A stretch of DNA of 64,000 nt from Felis catus. Lineage: Eukaryota. The notes under the pieces were generated by a model, which worked only from the letters and a program-made list of their open reading frames with translations, was not told the DNA's origin and searched no databases. The stretch spans positions 80,850,001 to 80,914,000 of the forward strand of contig NC_058368.1 of assembly GCF_018350175.1 (NCBI RefSeq), given 5' to 3'. Of this stretch, positions 59,882 through 64,000 are shown one piece after another. The position numbers and the translations under genes are program-made. Position 1 is the first letter of the stretch; the number at the start of each line of letters is the position of its first letter.

Positions 59882-61784
59882 CAAGAAGGGGTCTTGATGC
59901 CAGATTTGTTTGGACGAATCCAGATCCAATTCCAGGAGAAGAACTCGTAGTGATTTTGTTGTCATGAACTGAAAGGACCAGTTCAAGGCAAGCGAAGAGA
60001 TTTGTTATTAGTAATTTAATTAACAAATGAAAATCAACTTTTCAAGTTGTACTGAAGGTATGCAATTTTAAAAACGTACTCTATATATGTGTTCATTTTA
60101 AGATAGAGCCACTTAGTAAAGTGGAAGGCATACATTTAACAGAGAAGTTTGCTTTTTTTTTTTTTTTTTTTTGTAAGAAAAAGAACGAAAGTAATGGGTG
60201 GGAGACAAATACACAAAGATTTGCCAGGCGGCCCAGGTGAAGCGTCTTTTCAAGACCCTGCTGTTCCTGAATCTCCCAATTCAGGGAAAGTTCTCAAAAT
60301 AAAGGCCTTTGAGAACTAAGCTTTGCCAACCGAAGCTTATGGAGGGACGGTACAGTCCCAGGTCTTAGTGGGACGCACAGCCCTCACATCTCTAGTCCTG
60401 TTCAGAATGCTTCATCGTCCCCGCAGAGGGATGTGAACCGTTGACCACACCCTGCAGGCTGCCTCGACAAGGCGTCCTCATCTGAGTGGCTTACAGGAGA
60501 CCCCGGCCCCTGCCGCCCCTCCCGACCCCTGCGCCACCACAGGGGCGCGGCTGAGCAGGGGGAAAACCGCGCCTGCCTCTCCTGGAGCCCGTGGCTGTGC
60601 TGGCCTGCACGGCTTGTTGCGGCGAGCGTGGTGGCCGCAGCCCTGACCTGCTGCAGGATGACGTTGTTATGACAGTGCCAGTCTCTCAACAGCTGGGGAG
60701 CCTTGAGGGTTGTATTCTGGACGTCACGCAAATACGTTTTTGGAGGTGATAATGTGGTGCTGGACGTAACGCTGATACGATGAAAGAGGCAGCGTTTGCA
60801 GGAATAAACCATCAGAATGCTCTTTGGGGACAATGAAGGTTACTCTGAATAGTTTAAACTGGATAAACAGCTTTTAAAGCAAACGGCACGCGTCCAGGGA
60901 TCCGTATGAGGCTTTTTACAGGTTAGACTAGATCTCTGGGTAACATTGTTGGGGAAACATCCTCTGTTTCATCTGGAACCATGCAACGTTCTGATTAATA
61001 ATATTAATGGGAGAACTGATATCCCTGTTTGTACAGGGAACAAAAATGTAATTCTAATAGAGGCCAGGGCAGGGACGGGGAGCTTGTCAGGACGGCTTCA
61101 CGCTGATGCTCTCGAGGAGTTCTGTCTTTGTTTAGCTTCTGGCTCCTTCCAAGCTGTTGGGTCTGTAGCCTTTATGTATCACCGACATCTGTCATCTCCG
61201 TCCGCCATGTATGGGACACGGACCCTCCTGAGCTGTATGTTTAAGCCTCTTGAAAATTGCAGAGCACAGAGTCTTGGTGATGGTCCAGCCCACACGTTGC
61301 CCACGAGAAGCAGCTTCCGCAGCCTGCTGTCCTCGGTGTCGGTCCCCACCCTCGAACAGCAGCACAATCGGAACGTGCCGCAGGCTTCCCTGGCCGACGC
61401 GCCTTTAACGTATCAGTGGTGTTGCCCGTCGGTGCCGCTTCCCTGGAGCATTTGTTCCACTCCACAGGGTTCCCTTCCCAGCCCCAAGTCAGCTCTGTGG
61501 TCAGGTGGCGGGGGGTGGGGGCGAGGAGGGGGACCAGCAGCCCTAATGTGACATGAGACAAAATTGCATGCTGTTTCCAACAACTTTGCGTCCTGTGAAA
61601 TCCTGGGCTGGGTCGTGTCCACATTGCGTGTATGTGTGTGTGTATCTGGGCACGTGTACGAGGCGATGAGTACAACTCTACTTGGGACTTGATGAAAACA
61701 GCAATGTGAAGATCACTTGTGGGAAGGTGGGTGTGGATTGCTGGGAAATGACTTTGTGAGGTGTGGGGACCATCACAGACTGTG

Positions 61785-61985
61785 CCCTCTGCAGGGCGTA
61801 ACCCCCCCCCCCACCCTCCTTGGGACCGCTGAGCCTCACACACACCCCTGCCCTCTTTGGGACCCCCAAGTTCACACCCCCCCCGCCCTCTGCATGGCTG
61901 CCGAGTGTCACATACCCAGCGCATCCTCTGGGGGGCTGCCGAGCGTCACACACACCCCCTGCCCTCCGCGGGGCCGCTGAGTTGC
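61785..61985 (+). repeat. Degenerate GC-rich minisatellite (about 37-40 bp unit, about 5 copies)
   Basis: Recurring CCCTC(T)..GG..GC(C/T)GAG..TCACACAC..CCC. Confidence 0.6.
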
Positions 61986-63274
61986 AGCAGGTCTGGTTTC
62001 CTTGCTTGTGGAGGGCGGGTAGGTTCAGCACCCTCTAGGCCTAGCCACGTGCACATAGATGCTCCCGGAACGCGCGCTGCACTGACTTGATGTGTAAGTT
62101 GTAACTGAGGCTGTATCCTCTCTCCCCTCCCGTGTGACCCTAGACCGCACTGCCTATCACTGGTGCGTGGGACCGAGTCTGGACCCCATCCGGCCCTACC
62201 CGACGCCCCGGCTCGGCCTCCGTTCCCCACCAGCCCCTCAGGTGTGGCGTTCTGATCTCAAGCAAATTCCCTTCAATATTTCACAGAAAGAAAACTCGAT
62301 TTCCAACACGAAACCTGTTCCTAGGCTTCCTGCACGACTGAGCCGGGCCCTCCTTCCGACACCGGGCCCGTCTTTGTTCAGAGGAAGGAAGAATGAGGTA
62401 GACTGCAGAGTGCTCGGGCAGGCGTCTGCTGCTCTAGGAACACGTGTATTGTGGCGTATCATGTAACGGTGCGCTGTGGGGAATAGTAATGAATAGTTGG
62501 GACCACAATAATGCGCATTGTTGATGTTTGTTAAAATAAAGATATTCAATTTATAATAAAAGGGATTAAAAGCTTAATTCATGGCTATGTTAATATTTGC
62601 CTGCGAGTACTCAGATAAAGGGTGACGCACCTTATCACGTCGAACACCTGCGCGCACAAGTTCCTCCACGGAGATCTCCATGGGATTGCATGTTTTACAG
62701 AGCTTAAACTTTCATTTCCCAAAATAATGATATCATTCATTTACAGATATAGATAGGCTCTCCTCACTCCAACTCTATCCTGCAATGAGTATTGTGACTT
62801 CAGCTACAAAAATGCGGATTAATGGCGGCAGTGATCCGCCGCGATTTTCCCACCGCAACAGCAGACGAGCAGGCAGGCGCCAGCCAGCCGTGTGTGCACG
62901 CTGTCGCTTCTGGACGCCCGCAGGCTGCCCCCACCTGGAGGTTCTCCCGCCAGTAGAGGGGCACGGGGGAACCGGCGTGGTGGAAAGTGCCTGGCCACAG
63001 ACACTTGTGAATCGAATCATGTTTTAAAGTATCCTGGCTGGGGTGGGGGGCTTTGCTCTTTGTGGGAGGTTTGTGACAAATTGTTTGGGTGAAGTGTCCT
63101 GATGGAAAGTTAACACGTGCTTGTGAGCACCTCTGACTTCATCATCCTGGGCTAATTCCCTAGGAGATGCGGAGGTATGGTCAACTGTTGCCTGTAGCCT
63201 CAGAACCCCCACCAAAGTACTAAGCTACATGTTATGTAGATGGTAGACTGTTGACATATTTAAAGATCTTGGTT

Positions 63275-63665
63275 GTATCAGTGTCCTGGGGCGGCAACAG
63301 AGCCCCACCCCGGGGGGGGCTGCACCACAGACCTTGCTTCCTCCCAGTCCTGGAGGTGCTGGCCTGGGATCGGCGTGCGAGCCCAGGATTGGGGTGTGGG
63401 CAGGGCTGTGCTCTCTCTGACGGCACTGTGGAAGGGGGTCCCGCACACGCCCAGAGTCCCCGCGATGGTTCCTGTGGTCTCTGCTGTGTCCAGACCTCGT
63501 CTTTTATAAGGACACTGTCCCTGGATTAGGGCCACCCGACCCCTGTATGGCCTCAACCAACCACATCTCCAGCAACCTTGTTCCCAGATAAGGCCACATC
63601 CTGCGGTTCTGGGGGTCAGGGCTTGAAGATATGCCTTGTCGAGGACACGATTCAGCCTGTTACAG
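63275..63665 (-). mobile_element. MaLR LTR (MLT1B/C-like)
   Basis: TGTATCAGTGTCCTGGG...CTCCCAGTCCTGGAGG...CTTTTATAAGGACAC...GGATTAGGGCCACCC...TTCCCAGATAAGGCCACATCCTGCGGTTCTGGGGGTCAGG...ATTCAGCC. Confidence 0.8.
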
Positions 63666-64000
63666 TGGTGGTAGCAGCTGGAGTCCTGGATGGCATAGAT
63701 GGCAGGGACCGGCATGAGGCCGGTGGTCTGAGCAGACGCTGCCTCACCCAGGGAGGTGGCCCAGAGAAGCTGGGCCCTGGGCAGGGCTGTTCTGTGGCCC
63801 CTGGCTAGCTTCTTGTTCCCAGACTTGCAGGAGTGCATGAGACAAGCATATGGGCTGGCCCCACAGTCACCGTGGAGGAAGCCACCCCCGTGGCCGGGAT
63901 CAGATGTAGGGAGATGGGGTAGACCCAGAACTCCCAGTGTCTCGAAATACAAGGGCGGTAAACTGTGATGCTCCTGGAAGTCAGGGAAGTGCTTCCTGGA

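Noticed and set aside
1..64000. Naming a host gene or transcription direction
   Set aside because: No exon is identifiable, and SINE orientation (about 10 minus vs 6 plus) is too weak to infer strand.

Overview
This is mammalian (felid) non-coding genomic DNA, not microbial. The tRNA-derived Can-SINEs with cat-type 5' ends and (CT)n/poly-A tails, plus a carnivore-type L1 3' end, point to the cat family. I could not recognise any protein-coding exon, RNA gene or CRISPR array. The ORFs in the track are chance ORFs in GC-rich DNA, translations of simple repeats, or L1 ORF2 remnants. The window holds about 16 Can-SINEs, young and old L1 pieces, MaLR (MLT1-type) LTRs, ancient MER DNA transposons, L2/MIR relics and large purine/pyrimidine microsatellite blocks. 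Between them lie several repeat-free, TAAT-rich unique islands that look like conserved developmental enhancers, suggesting a large intron or gene desert of an unidentified developmental gene. The most notable structure is an ungapped 186-bp inverted duplication (56011-56196 vs 56285-56470, 10 mismatches) whose left copy splits a Can-SINE. It looks like a templated insertion of neighbouring unique DNA and forms a long potential hairpin. A micro-scale version of the same kind of event and an exact 73-bp tandem duplication occur inside the young L1. Repeat subfamily names come from recalled consensus similarity and need RepeatMasker/Dfam confirmation; boundaries of old repeats are approximate.
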